Notes under the pieces: model-generated
Seen by the model: the letters and a program-made list of their open reading frames with translations, nothing else
Told to the model about the DNA's origin: nothing
Databases searched by the model: none
In this document: positions 13,773-26,990 of the stretch, piece after piece
Numbering within the stretch: position 1 is the first letter of the stretch
Layout of the letters: each line of letters starts with the position of its first letter
Source: Malacoraja senta
Lineage: Eukaryota
Reading direction: 5' to 3'
DNA: 64,000 nt
NCBI GenBank assembly: GCA_038087875.1
Contig: CM075989.1
Coordinates: forward strand, 2,232,001 to 2,296,000
Position numbers and translations under genes: made by a program

Positions 13773-14257
13773 TTGGGTACCTGAGTGACTGTCTACGAGA
13801 GGAAAGGTGGTATTTGAACGTGTAACATCAAGGAGCTTTGGTGCAGGACAAAGGAATCAGACCTTGCTCAATAAGATGGTCCCTGGGTATTGGAGGGCAA
13901 TCATCTCACATCCAGGGTTTCACATGGCCACATGATGTCTCAGGGCCTCGTTCAGTGTGTTCATTGTGATAATAGAGGGTCACATATCCGCCAATTTCTC
14001 ACGAACAAGAACAGTTCATCTGTTCTTGTGATGCAAGTGGAGAACATAAGGCACACATAAATCTCAGACTGGCAATCAGTTCCCCAATCCTTGGGGAACA
14101 AGGAAAACAGAGGAAACAGAAGGATGGCTTTTGAACAAACAATTGCTCCGCCTCTCATCTCTTTCATTCTTTGGAAGTTTTTTCGACGGTTTTTTGAGAC
14201 TTGCACAAAATCGCCGACTGCAACGCAAAGCAGAATAAAACAAAGAAAAATGGGAAA

Positions 14258-15057
14258 ATGCAGTATAATATAGACGAATGTGAGGTTATGCACTTTGGCA
14301 GCAAAAACAAGGTGGCAGATTATTATCTCAATGGGGTTAGGTTAGGTAAGGGGGAGGTGCAGCGAGACCTGGGCGTCCTTGTACACCAGTCACTGAAAGT
14401 TGGCGTGCAGGTACAGCAGGCAGTGAAGAAAGCTAATGGAATGTTGGCCTTCATAACAAGAGGATTTCAGTATAGGGCTCTGGTGAGACCACATCTGGAG
14501 TATTGTGTACAGTTTTGGTCTCCTAATTTAAGGAAGGACATCCTTGTGATTGAGGCAGTGCATCATAGGTTCACGAGATTGATCCCTGGGATGGCGGGAC
14601 TGTCATATGAGGAAAGATTGAAAGGACTAGGCTTGTATTCACTGGAGTTTAGAAGGATGAGGGGGAATCTTGTAGAAACATATAAAATTATAAAAGGACT
14701 GGACAAGCTAGATGCAAAAAATGTTCCCAATGTTGGGCGAGTCCAGAACCAGGGGCCACAGACATAGAATAAAGGGGAGGCCATTTAAGACTGAGGTGAG
14801 AAAAAATGTTTTCACCCAGAGAGTTGTGAATTTGTGGAATTCCCTGCCACAGAGGGCAGTGGAGGCCAAGTCACTGGATGGATTTAAGAGAGAGTTAGAT
14901 AGAGCTCTAGGGGCTAGTGGGGTCAAGGGATATGGGGAGAAGGCAGGCACAGGTTATTTATTAGGGACTATCTGCCATGATCACAATGAATGGCGGTGCT
15001 GGCTCGAAGGGCCGAATGGCCTCCTCCTGCACCTATTTTCTATGTTTCTATGTTTCT
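14258..15057 (+). mobile_element. CR1 3' fragment
   Basis: CEVMHFG, RDLGV, RPHLEYCVQFW and WNSLP motifs; 3' tail. Confidence 0.88.
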
Positions 15058-15349
15058 AAAATGAATGTCATGGTAGTTGCTGGGGAACCAGGCTGTCGGT
15101 GGGGCCTGGGTTGGGAGATTCATGTGGATGAAACCGTGACCTGTCCAGACTCAGAAAGGCACAGAGAAACAAGAAAACTGAAAGGGGAAGACCATGATGC
15201 GCCCAGCTTCACTCCCTCCTGACCATCCCACAACCTTGAATCGTGGGACGCTTCTGACATTACCTATATTTTAAGATTTAAATATGACTCCTGTTTACAG
15301 AGACACAAACATGACCAAATGGATCCTCATCAGGATTTTGTGACCAAAC

Positions 15350-16780
15350 GCAAGATCTTATAGAGGTGTATAAAGTCATGAGAGAGGTAGATGCACAATG
15401 TGTAGGAAGGAACTGCAGACGCTGGTTGAAACCAAAGATAGACACAATCAGCTGGAGTAACTCAGCGGGACAGGCAGCATCTCTGGAGGGAAGGAATGGG
15501 TGACGTTTCAGAATGTAGATGCACAGAGTCTCTTGCCAGAGTAGGTGAATCGAGGACCAGAGCACATAGGTTTAAGGTGAAGGGGGAAAGATTGAATAGA
15601 AATCTCAGGGGTAACTTTTTCACACAAAGGGTGGTGGGTGTGTGGAACAAGCTGCCAGAGGAGGTAGTTGAGGCTGGGACTATGCCAATGTTTAAGAAAC
15701 AGGTACATGGATAGGACAGGTTTGGAGGGATATGGGCCAAACGCGGGCAAGTGGAACTAGTGTAGCTGGGACACATTGGCTGGTGTGGGCAAGTTGGGCT
15801 GAAGGGCCTGTTTCCATAATGTATGACTCTATGAATGGACTAACTCCACTGACAAACATAGGTCTGCTGCAACAGGCGATGTATTCTGTATCACCAGGAC
15901 AATCTCTTCACTGACACAGTCAGATACGCAGAACATTCAACAACACAGCACAGGTAGAGACCCTTCAGCCCACAATATCCTCCCTGACCATGACGCCAAT
16001 TTAACCATCCCTTTGTGCCAGCACATAGTTATGTCCTTCAATATCCCAGGCCTGTTCAAATGACTGTCTGTTTAAATGGCTCTTAAATGTGGATATCGTA
16101 TCTGCTGCCCAGGCAGTGTATTCCAGGCACCAACTGTTCTCTGTGTAAAAAATATATAAACCTCCTTTAAACTTTGCTCCTTTAATCTTAAAGCAATGCC
16201 CTCTCCTGTTTAACACTTCCACTCTGATAGAAAGACGTTGATGACCAACCCTGTCACTGCCTCTCCTAACTTTGTAGACATCCATCAGCTCATTCCTCAA
16301 TCTCCAGTGTGCCATTGTTAATAAAAACAAGTTTGTGCAGCCTCCCCTTGCAGCTAAAACTCCCTCATCCAGGCAACACCCGGTGAACGTCCTCACCCTC
16401 TCCAAAGCCACATAATCATTCCTAGTTACTGGCAGAAATAGGACTACATACAACCCTCCAAATGTGGCCCAGCCAAAGTTGTATCCATCACTCCACCACT
16501 GCACCAGTGTGCTGGCCCAACCTTCTTCCTAGGGTGGAAATATCAAAGACTAGCTTTAAGGAGAGCGGGCAAAGGGGATGTACGGAGCACGTCTTTCAGA
16601 TTTAGGGTGGTGGGTGCCTGGAACTCATTGCCAGGATTGGTGGTGGAGGCTGATCCCATAGTGGCATTTAGATAGGTACATGGATATCGAGAGATATGTA
16701 ACTCTTTTGGCATCAAGTTCGCACAGACATTGTGGGCCGAAGGGCCTGTTCCTGTGTTGTGCTATTCTAGGTTCTATGTT
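15350..16780. mobile_element. Cluster of CR1 3' fragments (15350-15832 +, ~15950-16500 -, ~16525-16780 +)
   Basis: RGNFFTQRVVGVWNKLPEE and decayed equivalents; gggccgaagggcctgtt 3' stem. Confidence 0.7.
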
Positions 16781-17086
16781 CAGCAGGTGGGAGCGGTGGC
16801 ACAGCGGTAGAGTTGCTGCCTCACAGCGGCAGAGACCCGGGTTCCATCCTGGCTACGGGTGCTGTCTGTGTGGAGTTTGGACGTTCTTCCCGTGACCTGC
16901 GTGGGTTTCCTCTGAGATCGTTAGTTTCCTCCCACACTCCAAAGACGTACTTGGTTACTAGGTGAATTGGCTTGGTGATAAATGTAAAATTGTCCCTAGT
17001 TTGTGTAGCGTAGTGTTCGTGTGCGGGGATCGCTGGTCGGTGTGGACCCAGTGGGCCAAAGGGCCTGTTTCCATGCTGTATCTCTA

Positions 17087-17460
17087 TAACCATATAACCA
17101 TATAACCATAACAGCACGGAAACAGGCCATCTCGGCCCTTCAAGTCCGTGCCGAACATTTTTTTTAATTTTTTTTTATTTTTTTTTAATTAAAAATATAT
17201 ACTTCCCCCTAGTCCCATCTACCTGCACTCAGACCATAACCCTCCATTCCTTTCCCGTCCATATACCCATCCAATCTATTTTTAAAGGATAACATCGAAC
17301 ATGCCTCCACCACTTCCACTGGAAGCTCATTCCACACAGCTACCACTCTCTGAGTAAAGAAGTTCCCCCTAATGTTCCCCCTAAACGTCTGTCCCTTAAT
17401 TCTCAAGTCATGTCCCCTTGTTTGAATCTTCCCTACTCTCAATGGGAAAAGCTTATCCAC
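17087..17460 (-). mobile_element. CR1 3' fragment (same subfamily as 1-212)
   Basis: ORF 17209-17460; (ataaccat)n tail on + strand. Confidence 0.8.
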
Positions 17461-18521
17461 TTCTAAACTAAACTAAAGTCCTGGGCACCATCCACACTGC
17501 AACCTACCTAGGATAAGATACCTAGACATCCAACACGCCTGTGATTACTGACACACACCGACTTCTACATAAGCAGTGCCATTACCTGAGATGTGCTGTA
17601 CACCATGTCCCTTTGACAGATCCATGGTGTTACAGAAAACCTATATCTAAGATTTATCTCTCCACTTTCCCCATCTAGATTTGCAATGAATCATCTGTGC
17701 TTGATGTGTACGGCTGCACCTCTAACAGTTGCGAGACATTTATAAAAGATTTTATTCCAATTTAGGAAGTTGTATCGTTTTCATCTAACATAATTCACTT
17801 AAAAATAAGTAACATTGCCTGCTAGTGATCTGATGGTCTCTGCTCATGAATGAACTCACATCTACAATGCAACAATAATCTTTTTCTAGTTTTTTTCCAG
17901 CTTTTGAGAAAATATATCAACACAATGGTTCAGCGGTAAAGTCGCTGCCTCACAACACCAGAGACCTGGGTTTGATCCTGATCTCGGATGCTGTCTGTGT
18001 GGAGTTTGCACGTTCTCCCTGTGACTGCATGGGTATTGTCCATGTGCTCCAGTTTCCTCCCACACTCCAAAGATGTGCGGGTTTAGGTTAGAAACACAAC
18101 GCGGAAACAGGCCGATTAATTGACAAACCAGTACGTGTTGGAGTGTGGGAGGAAACTGGAGCACCCGGAGAAAACCCACACAGGTCACGGGGAGAACATG
18201 CAAACTCCGTACAGACAGCACCCGTAATCAGTATTGAACCTGGATCTCTGGCGCTGTAAGGAAGCAACTCTTCCACTGTGCGACTGGGCTGCACCGTGCA
18301 ACCCTTTAATAGACAATAGACCATTTAGGTTAATTGGCTTCTGAAAATTGCCCCTAGTGTGGAGGATAGAATGTGTGTAGGGGTGACCGATGGTCGGTGT
18401 GGACTCTGTAGGCTGAATGTTGTATTTCTAAACTAAACTAAACTTAAATACCTACTCTGTGCACATCACCTGACCTATAGCATGTCTCCAGCAAATCTCA
18501 AAACAAGCCAACAAACAGCAT

Positions 18522-18820
18522 CGAGTCTCTTGCTCAGAGTACGGGAATCGAGAACCAGATGACATAGGTTTAAGGGGAAGGGGAAAGATTTAATAGGAAT
18601 CTGAGAGGGTGGTGGGTGTATGGAACAAGTTGTCGGAGGAGGTAGTTGGTGAGCTGGGACTATTGCAACATTTAAGAAACACTTAGACAGGTACATGGAC
18701 AGGACAGGTTTGGAGGAACATGGGCCAGAGGCAGGCAGGTGGGACTGGTGGTGATGGCACATGTTGGTCAGTGTGGGCAAGTAGGGTTGAAGGGCCTGTT
18801 TCCACGCTGTATGACTATGA
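18522..18820 (+). mobile_element. CR1 3' fragment
   Basis: Similar to 15520-15832. Confidence 0.7.
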
Positions 18821-20238
18821 TTGTATCATTTAAAAAAAGAGAACTGAGCTCCAATGTACAAACCTCAGTTCTGTAAACTCCGTGGACTCGTCACGGAGTC
18901 TGGTCAGTCCACGCTACCCAGAGGACTGCTCTGAATCAGGTCACGTGTGGCTGTAATCAGAGCTGAGGGCAGACTCCGGAGCCTGTGGTTTGATGCATTG
19001 CATCCTGTCAAGCATGCTAATGAAGTTCAGCACACAGCCTGGTAATCAGATCATCCCTGAATACACCAAATACTGAGGAATTCCCTTCATAATCCCACAT
19101 TATTTTGACAATCTCATTAGTTTCAGTTTGGATAATTGCTCATGGCATGGCGGAAATTGATTTTAATTATTCTGCCTCGAGAAATGAAAGGATTTTCACA
19201 CTTAAATTATTAAAGAATCAGCACTACTATGCTTAATTTGCAATTTCTATCAGCGATTTACACTTAAATCCATTGCAAGTCTGCGCTGAGCCCACTTCCG
19301 AATCATTTTCCTTTGGTGGAGCCAGGGATCTCTGTAACCCTCGCCAACTAACACAGACCCTTAACAACTTAATTATTTCCCTGTAAAGAAAAGATCCCTG
19401 AAGGAATAGTAAGTAGAGCAACGTGATAATGATGGATTGTAGGAAGGAACTGCAGATGCTGGTTTAAACCAAAGATAGACACAAAATGCTGGAGTAACTC
19501 AACGGGACAGGCAGCATCTCTGGAGAGAAGGAATGGGTGATGTTTCGGGACGAGACTCTTCTCCAGTCTATTGACTGTTGACTTAGACAATACATGATTA
19601 CAATAAAGCCATTTACAATGCACTGCTACATAATAAGGGAATAACATTTCCTGCTGGGTAAAGCCAGTAAAGTCCGATCAAAGATTGTCCGTGGGTCCCC
19701 GTTGAGGTAGATAGTAGCTCAGGACTGTTCTCTAGTTGTGGTAGGATGATTCAGTGGCCCGATTACACCTGGGACAAATTCCCTGAATCTGGAGATGTGC
19801 GTTTCACACTAACGTGAATAGGTGACGTTTGGGTCAGGACTCTCCTTCCGACTGATTGTAGTAGGGGAGAGACAACCAGAAGAAAGGTGAGGGTGGGACA
19901 AATCCTGGTAAATTGTCAGCAATTTTGGGCACCATGTCTGAGGAAGGATGTGCTGGAACTGGAGAGTGTCGAGAAGAGGTTTGCAAGAATGATCCCAGGA
20001 ACGAGTGGGTTAACATATGATGGACGTCTGACAGCATTGGGCCTGTACTAGAAATAAAAAACTGGGAAAAGAATTATGAAGCCAGAGGAAGAAGGGTCTC
20101 CACCCGAAACATTGCCTATTTCCTTCACTCCATAGATGCTGCCTCACCCGCTGAGTTTCTCCAGCATTTTTGTCTACCTATGAAGCCAGAGGAAGTAATA
20201 TAGGTGGAAGGGAAAAGGGGAAAGGGAAAAGGGGGAAT

Positions 20239-20438
20239 NNNNNNNNNNNNNNNNNNNNNNNNNNNNNNNNNNNNNNNNNNNNNNNNNNNNNNNNNNNNNN
20301 NNNNNNNNNNNNNNNNNNNNNNNNNNNNNNNNNNNNNNNNNNNNNNNNNNNNNNNNNNNNNNNNNNNNNNNNNNNNNNNNNNNNNNNNNNNNNNNNNNNN
20401 NNNNNNNNNNNNNNNNNNNNNNNNNNNNNNNNNNNNNN
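20239..20438. other. Assembly gap (200 N)
   Basis: N run. Confidence 1.
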
Positions 20439-20969
20439 GCTTCTGACCAGTCCTTCCATAAACTACAGTGCTATGTGATTCACCTCTACCCCACTGCAGA
20501 CATTAGAGTTTGTGTCTGAACTGATACGCTACAATACTGAGAACTATATTCTGCACTCTGATTCTCCCCTTTGTTCTATCGATTGTACTTGAGTTGGATT
20601 GATTGTAGACAGCACATGTTCATTATTATCTGGTTTGATTGGATGGCATGCAAAAGAGGACATTTTGCCATACCCAGTGACAACAATAAACATGAGCCTA
20701 AACCCTTCCCCACAAAGTAAACGTCACTTCTGGTCACTGCAGAACTCCTTCCCAGCGGAAATGCTCTGATTGTAACTCCATCGATCATTGAAGCATACAG
20801 GAGACCATTCTTCCCCTTTGGGTCTGTGCTGGCACTCCTAATTTGGCCCACTCCCTGTCCTTCCTGCACATCCATACAAAGCTCAATGATCAATGATACA
20901 TTATTGTCACATACACTGAGGTACAGTGAAGCTTTACCGTTCCATTATAAGCTCATGTTCATCATTTGT

Positions 20970-21345
20970 CGGAGCAGAATTAGGCCATTCAGCCCTTCAA
21001 GTCTACCCCGCCATTCAATCATGGCTGATCTATCTTCCCCTCCTAACCCCATTCTCCTGCCTTCTCCCCATAACCCATGACACCCGTATTAATCAAGAAT
21101 CGATCTATTTCTGCCTTAAATATGTCCATTGACTTTACCTCAGCCCCATTCTCCCCATAACCTCTGACACCCGCACGAATCAAGAAAGGGCCCACTAGGG
21201 CCAACCTATCTAAAACCTCTCCATACAGAGCCTCTACATGTTTCTTAAACGTTGCGATAGTCCCTGCCTCAACTACCGCCTCCAGCAGCCCGTTCCATAC
21301 ACCCAGCACTCTTTGTGTGAAAAGGTTACCCCTCAGGTTCCTATT
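20970..21345 (-). mobile_element. CR1 3' fragments
   Basis: RGNLFTQRVLGVWNGL and [10 protein letters not shown] motifs. Confidence 0.7.
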
Positions 21346-21454
21346 GTTCACACACAGGAGTGGCCAATCTCGCCCCCACCCCCCCCCCCCCCTCCATACT
21401 GAGTGTGTTGCAGGTTGACTCGGTGTAACGTCGTGCGGTGGTCCCCGTACTTAC

Positions 21455-21596
21455 AGTGAACGTGCAGGAGCACCGAGGCATTCGTCATCCCCACCACGTT
21501 CTCCGCGATGCACGTCAGAAGCTTGCCGTTGTCCTCTGGGTCGATGTTAAATAGGGTCAGGTTCACAGCAGAGACGGTGGTCAGGTTGTTGTTGGT
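21455..21596 (-). CDS. NTRK3: NTRK3/TrkC-like exon, second half of Ig-like domain 1 (TNNNLTTVSAVNLTLFNIDPEDNGKLLTCIAENVVGMTNASVLLHVH)
   Basis: 142-bp exon with a long CT-rich tract, ccag acceptor and gtaagt donor. LTCIAENVVGMxNASV is TrkC-like rather than TrkA/B-like. Confidence 0.92.
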
Positions 21597-22019
21597 CTGG
21601 CACACAGGGAGAGAGGGAAGGGGGGAGAGAGAGAGGGAGAGAGAGAGAATTCCTGACTGACCTCACAAAGAGAGAGGAGGAAGAACAATGGCGGACCCGG
21701 CTGGGGGGGAGGAAGGACAATGGTCAATGGGGTGGGAGGGGAGAACAGGGGACAATGGGGACCTGGCGTGGGGGGAGGGGGAACAAAAGAGGGAGCCGGC
21801 GTGCACCTTTGCAGCGCCATAGGTGGCCGCTGTTTGTATACATCGGGTATGCAAGCAGAGAATTTCACTGTGACAATAAAGTTTCCCATTCAATTCCATT
21901 CCAAAGCAAACACTGAAAGGCCTGAACATCTCGGTGATCCAGGGATATTTAATGAACGCCAGATCTTGGCAGAAGATGCTCTGAGTGGAGTTCCTTCATT
22001 CTTCAGAAATTTGCCTCAA

Positions 22020-22360
22020 ATAGAGTCATGGTCATAGAATGATACAGTCTGGAAACAGGCCCTTCGGCCCAACTTGCCCGCACCCACCGGCCAACATGTC
22101 CATCTACACTAGTTCCACTCGCCTGCATTTAGCCAATATCACTCTAAACCTGTCCTATCCATGTACCTGTCTAAATGTTTCTTAAACACTCCGATAGTAC
22201 AAGCCTCAACTACCTCCTCCGGCAGCTCGTTCCATACACCCGCCACCCTTTGCGTGAAAAGTTCCACTCAGGTTCCCATTAAATTTTCCCATCTTAAGCC
22301 CATGTCCTCTGGTTCTCAATTTTCCCTACTCTGGGCAAGATATTCTGTGTGTCTACCCGA
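22020..22360 (-). mobile_element. CR1 3' fragment
   Basis: Reverse complement of the 15520-15832-type end. Confidence 0.7.
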
Positions 22361-24224
22361 TTGTTACGCTAAATGCAAATAAAATATTCATATGTTTTTG
22401 CCCAGTACAGCAGTCACTTGGTTAATGCGACGTTGATGAGATCTTCTATGAACAATCATGCTTTGAAAGATCCAGGTTTATGTCTCAGTAGTCGACATGA
22501 ACATACATCATTCCCGGCCACCTCAGCCCTTCCTTTCTAGATGTCATTCTTATCCTCACAGCCACCAGAGGCCCAGCGTGGTTTCAATTCTGGAGATACA
22601 ACTCTGCAGATGCTGGTATCTTGAACAAAACACAAAGTGCTGGAACAAATCAACGGGTCAGGCAGCATCTGAGGAGGGAATGGACAGGTGATGTTTTAGG
22701 TCTGGCCCCCATCATCAGACACAGGGAGAAGAAGAAGGGCCCTGTCTTGAAACATTGCCTGTCCATTCCTCCCCAGATGCTGCCTGACCCACTGAGTAAC
22801 TCCAGCACTTTCTATCTTGCTCATGGTTCCTTTTCTGATTAGTTTTCTCTATCTTTTCCTGATACATATCCCCCTCATATCTGTCAATTTTTACATCCAT
22901 TAGAAGAAGAATCTCTGGAATTTGGTCCATGATGTAAATTTCTGATAGAGTCATAGAATCCCACAGCACAGAAACAGGCACTTTGGACCAACTGATCCAT
23001 GCCGACCAAGATCCTCATCTAATCCAATCTTATTTGCCTGCATTTGGCCCATATCTATCTAAAATGTCCCATCCATGTACTTGTTAAATGGTGTTATTGT
23101 ACCTGCCTCAACTGCCTCCTTTGGCAGCTCATTCCATATCCTCACCACCCTCTGTGTGATATTGGAAAGAAAAATGCTTTCTTAGATGGAGAATAATGGT
23201 CAGTATTCACTACAACTGAGACACACTGCAAATGTTGCCAGGATTTACCATCTTACCTATTCCGTCAGGAATATACTACATGAACCTCTTGTTAATTAGC
23301 AGTCAGATACCCTGACATTGAATGTATCTCTTGCCAAGCTGGGCTCAATTTAATGCTCCAGCTGATAAAGACTGAGGTTAGATCACTGTAAGTCATGTTG
23401 TCACTTGCGGGCGGAGCACCAAGGCAAATTCCTTGTATGTGAATACTTGGCCAATAAAATTATTCATTCATTCATTTATATATACCCACAGTGGCGTAGC
23501 GGCAGAGCTCCTTACAGCTCCAGAGACCCAGGTTCAATCCTGACTACAGTTGCTGTCTGTACGGAGTTTGTACGTTCCCCCCGTGACTGTGTGGGTTTTC
23601 TCTGAGATCTTCGGTTTCCTCCCACATTCCAAAGACGTACAGGTTTGCAGGTTAATAGTAAGATTAAACAAGAACTTACCAGTTTGAAGTTTGATCTTAA
23701 TTTTATGAGGAGTTACGATGAGTGATTACGTGAAGAACCCCGCCAGTTCGCATGCGCGTCAATCTTCAAAGCAGCGGTGTGAAATCACAGGTAACAGTAA
23801 TTGAAGTAACATAGTAAGATTATAAAACTAGAACTACCAGATGACCTTTGTGATACGAGGGTTGGGAGCGGTGGGCACGTAATCGCTCATCGTAACTCCT
23901 CATAAAATAAAGATCAAACTTCAAACTGGTAAGTTCTCGTTTAATCTAACTATTTTACTTCGGAGTCACGTGAGTGATTCCGTAAAGATTTCAAAACTCT
24001 GTGATTTCATGTCATAGATACGAATCCACGCGTCTCACTGCATCAGTTGACCCAGGATGAGTGAATAATAAACAATGCAATGAAACATGGCATAGATTTG
24101 AACATGTTGATGCTTTAATTAACAAACAAAAAAACAATAGCGACCCCTCTCCCAGGGGGAAGCTAGGAAACAGAACCTAAAATGGAATGGGCGAATACCC
24201 CCGGTCTAGTAAGAGGTTTAAATT

Positions 24225-25110
24225 AGAACCTCAGAAAAGTCAGTTCATTTGACCATCCTGCGGCCGCGAGGATATGGTCGAGAGGGACGTCCAGTGCCCT
24301 TGCTGCTGATGTTGATGCCGCCCTGGTGGAGTGAGATTTAAAAATGTGAGTGTCTTATGCTGCTTTTTGTGAATGATAAATAACGCTACCTCCAAGCCTC
24401 TGAGGCTCTTGGTGACCTTGGTTTATTCCTGTAAGTGCGTAACTAGACACAACCGCAAATCTGAGGGGTATGCCGTAAAAATAAGCTTGAACCCTGACAC
24501 CCCTGGTCTGCTCTGCTTAATTAAATCATAAATGTAAAACGTTATGTTATTTCCAGATGACACCATCCTGTCCAGTAGCAGCTTCTGCAACGTCTGGACC
24601 CGTTGCGATGAAACCAGCGCCATGAGCATGACCAACTTTAGAGTGACTTTGGGTAAAGACAGGGATGTGGCTGGAGCCCACTGGCGAAGCAGCGTAAATA
24701 CCACGCTCACATCCCAGATTTCCGAGTACCTGGGCCTGGGGGGATTAGAGTTAAAAATACCCTTCATGAACCGGGATATTAAAGGGTGAGATCCAACAGA
24801 GTGTTGTTGTGACCCCAGCCATAAGTTCGATGATAAGGCACTCCTGGCACTATTGATGGCACTATAGCTTAACCCCTCATCAAAATATAGCGTTGAAAGA
24901 AATTCCAACACATCTGAGATGCGTGTCGTGTGATATGCTATGTTCCCCCATAAGCAAAACACCCCCCATTTCTTGACATGAGAGATGTACTGTTTTTTGG
25001 TACTATCCCTCCAGGCCGCAGTGATCACATCCACGGTACGATCGGATAGTCTGAGCCCCAGGTATGGCCTCCTCAAAATCTGCAAATCAATACGGTCATG
25101 TAATGGATGT
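24225..25110 (-). pseudogene. DIRS copy A tyrosine recombinase, disrupted
   Basis: ORF 24423-25163 (GLSYSAINSARSALS, PRYSEIWDV). Downstream HSTRAA...AAGWSN segment at ~24240-24340; the codon aligned with the Tyr of copy B (FQHFY) reads TAA. Confidence 0.85.
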
Positions 25111-25169
25111 TTCTCCCCAGTTACAGGGTGCACCAGTAGGTTACTGCGTTTAGGGACAGTCATAAGAGG

Positions 25170-26990
25170 CTATGTTATTATTCCCAAAATGAGTGGGAAC
25201 CATGGCTGTGTAGGCCAGTCGGGTACGACCAAAACTCCTGAGGCAGAGTCCTGCTTGATTTTGAGCAAGCACCGACTGATGAGGCAAAATGGGGGAAGTG
25301 CATATAAATACATTCCACCCCAGTGTAGCGAGAATGCATCTCCCGCTACTGCCCCAGAGTCTGGTTCCCATGAGACATACTTCGGTAACTGGTGATTGAG
25401 TCTGGATGCAAACAAATCGATATCTGGCATCCCATACCGAACAACAATATCATTAAATACATCATGATTCAACATCCATTCTGTGTTGTCATTGAATTTT
25501 TTTGACGTGGTGTCCGCCTCCATTTTGAATCTACCTGGCAGGTAGATAGCTGAAACCCAAATGTTTCTTGTAATACACCAGTGCCAAATAAGGTTAGCCA
25601 ATTTATCACAAGATACCGACTTGATTCCACCCATGTGATTAACATATGCCACTGCCGTAGTGTTGTCAATCTGAAGCTGAACATGCAAGTAATGCATACT
25701 AGTACAATAAGCCTTAAGGCCATAGAATGCTCCCAACAGTTCTAAATAGTTAATACCATGTGATTGAAGAATAAATGCCTCATGCATATTCCATCTGCCT
25801 CCGCAGCTAGAGATGGTATCAGTAGCACCCCATCCTAGAGCACTAACTTCAGTCTGTAAAACAACTGAAGGTTTCTCAATCAGAATTTTACTGGAACAAC
25901 GCCAAATGTTCGCTATCCACCACTGTAATTCAGCAATGGCTTCAACTGGTAACTGCATGGCCTATCAAAGTGACCTGTATGTATTTTGAGTGCCTGCTCC
26001 TTTGCACGTTGTAAATTTTGATAATGCAAAGGTCCAAATTGTGCAGCTGGAAAAGCAGCCACTAATTTGCCAATTATGCTAGCCACATGTCGAATTGAAA
26101 GTTGCTGCTCCACCACGAGCTCGTTACAGCCTTCAATTAATTCTAACCTCTTGCCCTTGGGCAGAGTCATAGACATGTGAGTTGAGTTAATGGTGAATCC
26201 CAAATAATCAATAACTCTAATTGGTATCAATTTGGATTTAACTGGATGTATGAGAAACCCCAATCTCTCAAACATGTTTAGCAGCAGAAACAGATAATTC
26301 AGCTGCTTTCGGAGTCTTCCCTATGATTAAGATATCATCCAAATAAGCCATTACAATATGACTCTGAGCCCGGAGTAGCCCCAACACTGGTTTTAACAGT
26401 TTTGTAAATAATCTAGGGGCCGAGGTTAACCCATTAGGCAATGCTTTAAATTGCCATAATTGCCTCATCCAGCTAAACTTCAAATATCTCCGATAATCTT
26501 CATGAATGGGTACTGAATAATAAGCATCTTTAAGATCTATACATGCCATATAACATCCTCTGGAAATCAGTTGTTTGGCAGTAACAAAGGTTTCCATTTT
26601 GAAATGTTTATACTGCACAAAGGGGTTAAGGCTTGTCAAGTCAAGGATGATTCGACATCCCCCATCCTTCTTTTGCCTAGGAAAAATATTAGACACGAAT
26701 TGGTGAGATTGATGAAATGATTTCTCAATTACCCCTTTTTTGTAAACTTTTCAATTTCAGCTTGTACATCCAAATTCTCTTGTTGTGAAAAAAACAATGT
26801 CCGGCTTGGGGTATGCTGTGTGGGTGGACGCAAATTGGGAAGGAATTCAATTCGGAACCCTTGTATACTGTGCAGTATAAACGAATCTGATGTTATCCAA
26901 TACCATTCATTCAAAAACAAGTGTAATCTCCCCCCAATTTGTAACTGATCCACACATAATATGTTCCGAAAAGAACCAGACCCACCTACC
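25170..26990 (-). pseudogene. DIRS copy A RT / RNase H / Dam-like methyltransferase ORF, frameshifted
   Basis: RT motifs IDLKDAY, LPNGLTSAPRLFTK and YLDD; RNaseH INYLELLG and DNTTAVAYVN; MT-like DLFASRLN ... YALPP ... VVPDWPTQPW. Confidence 0.88.

Noticed and set aside
20170..20478. ORFs spanning N runs (also 45336-45695)
   Set aside because: Artefacts of assembly gaps.
23790..24060. Hammerhead ribozyme in the DIRS 3' region
   Set aside because: No CTGANGA...GAAA core found on either strand in either copy.
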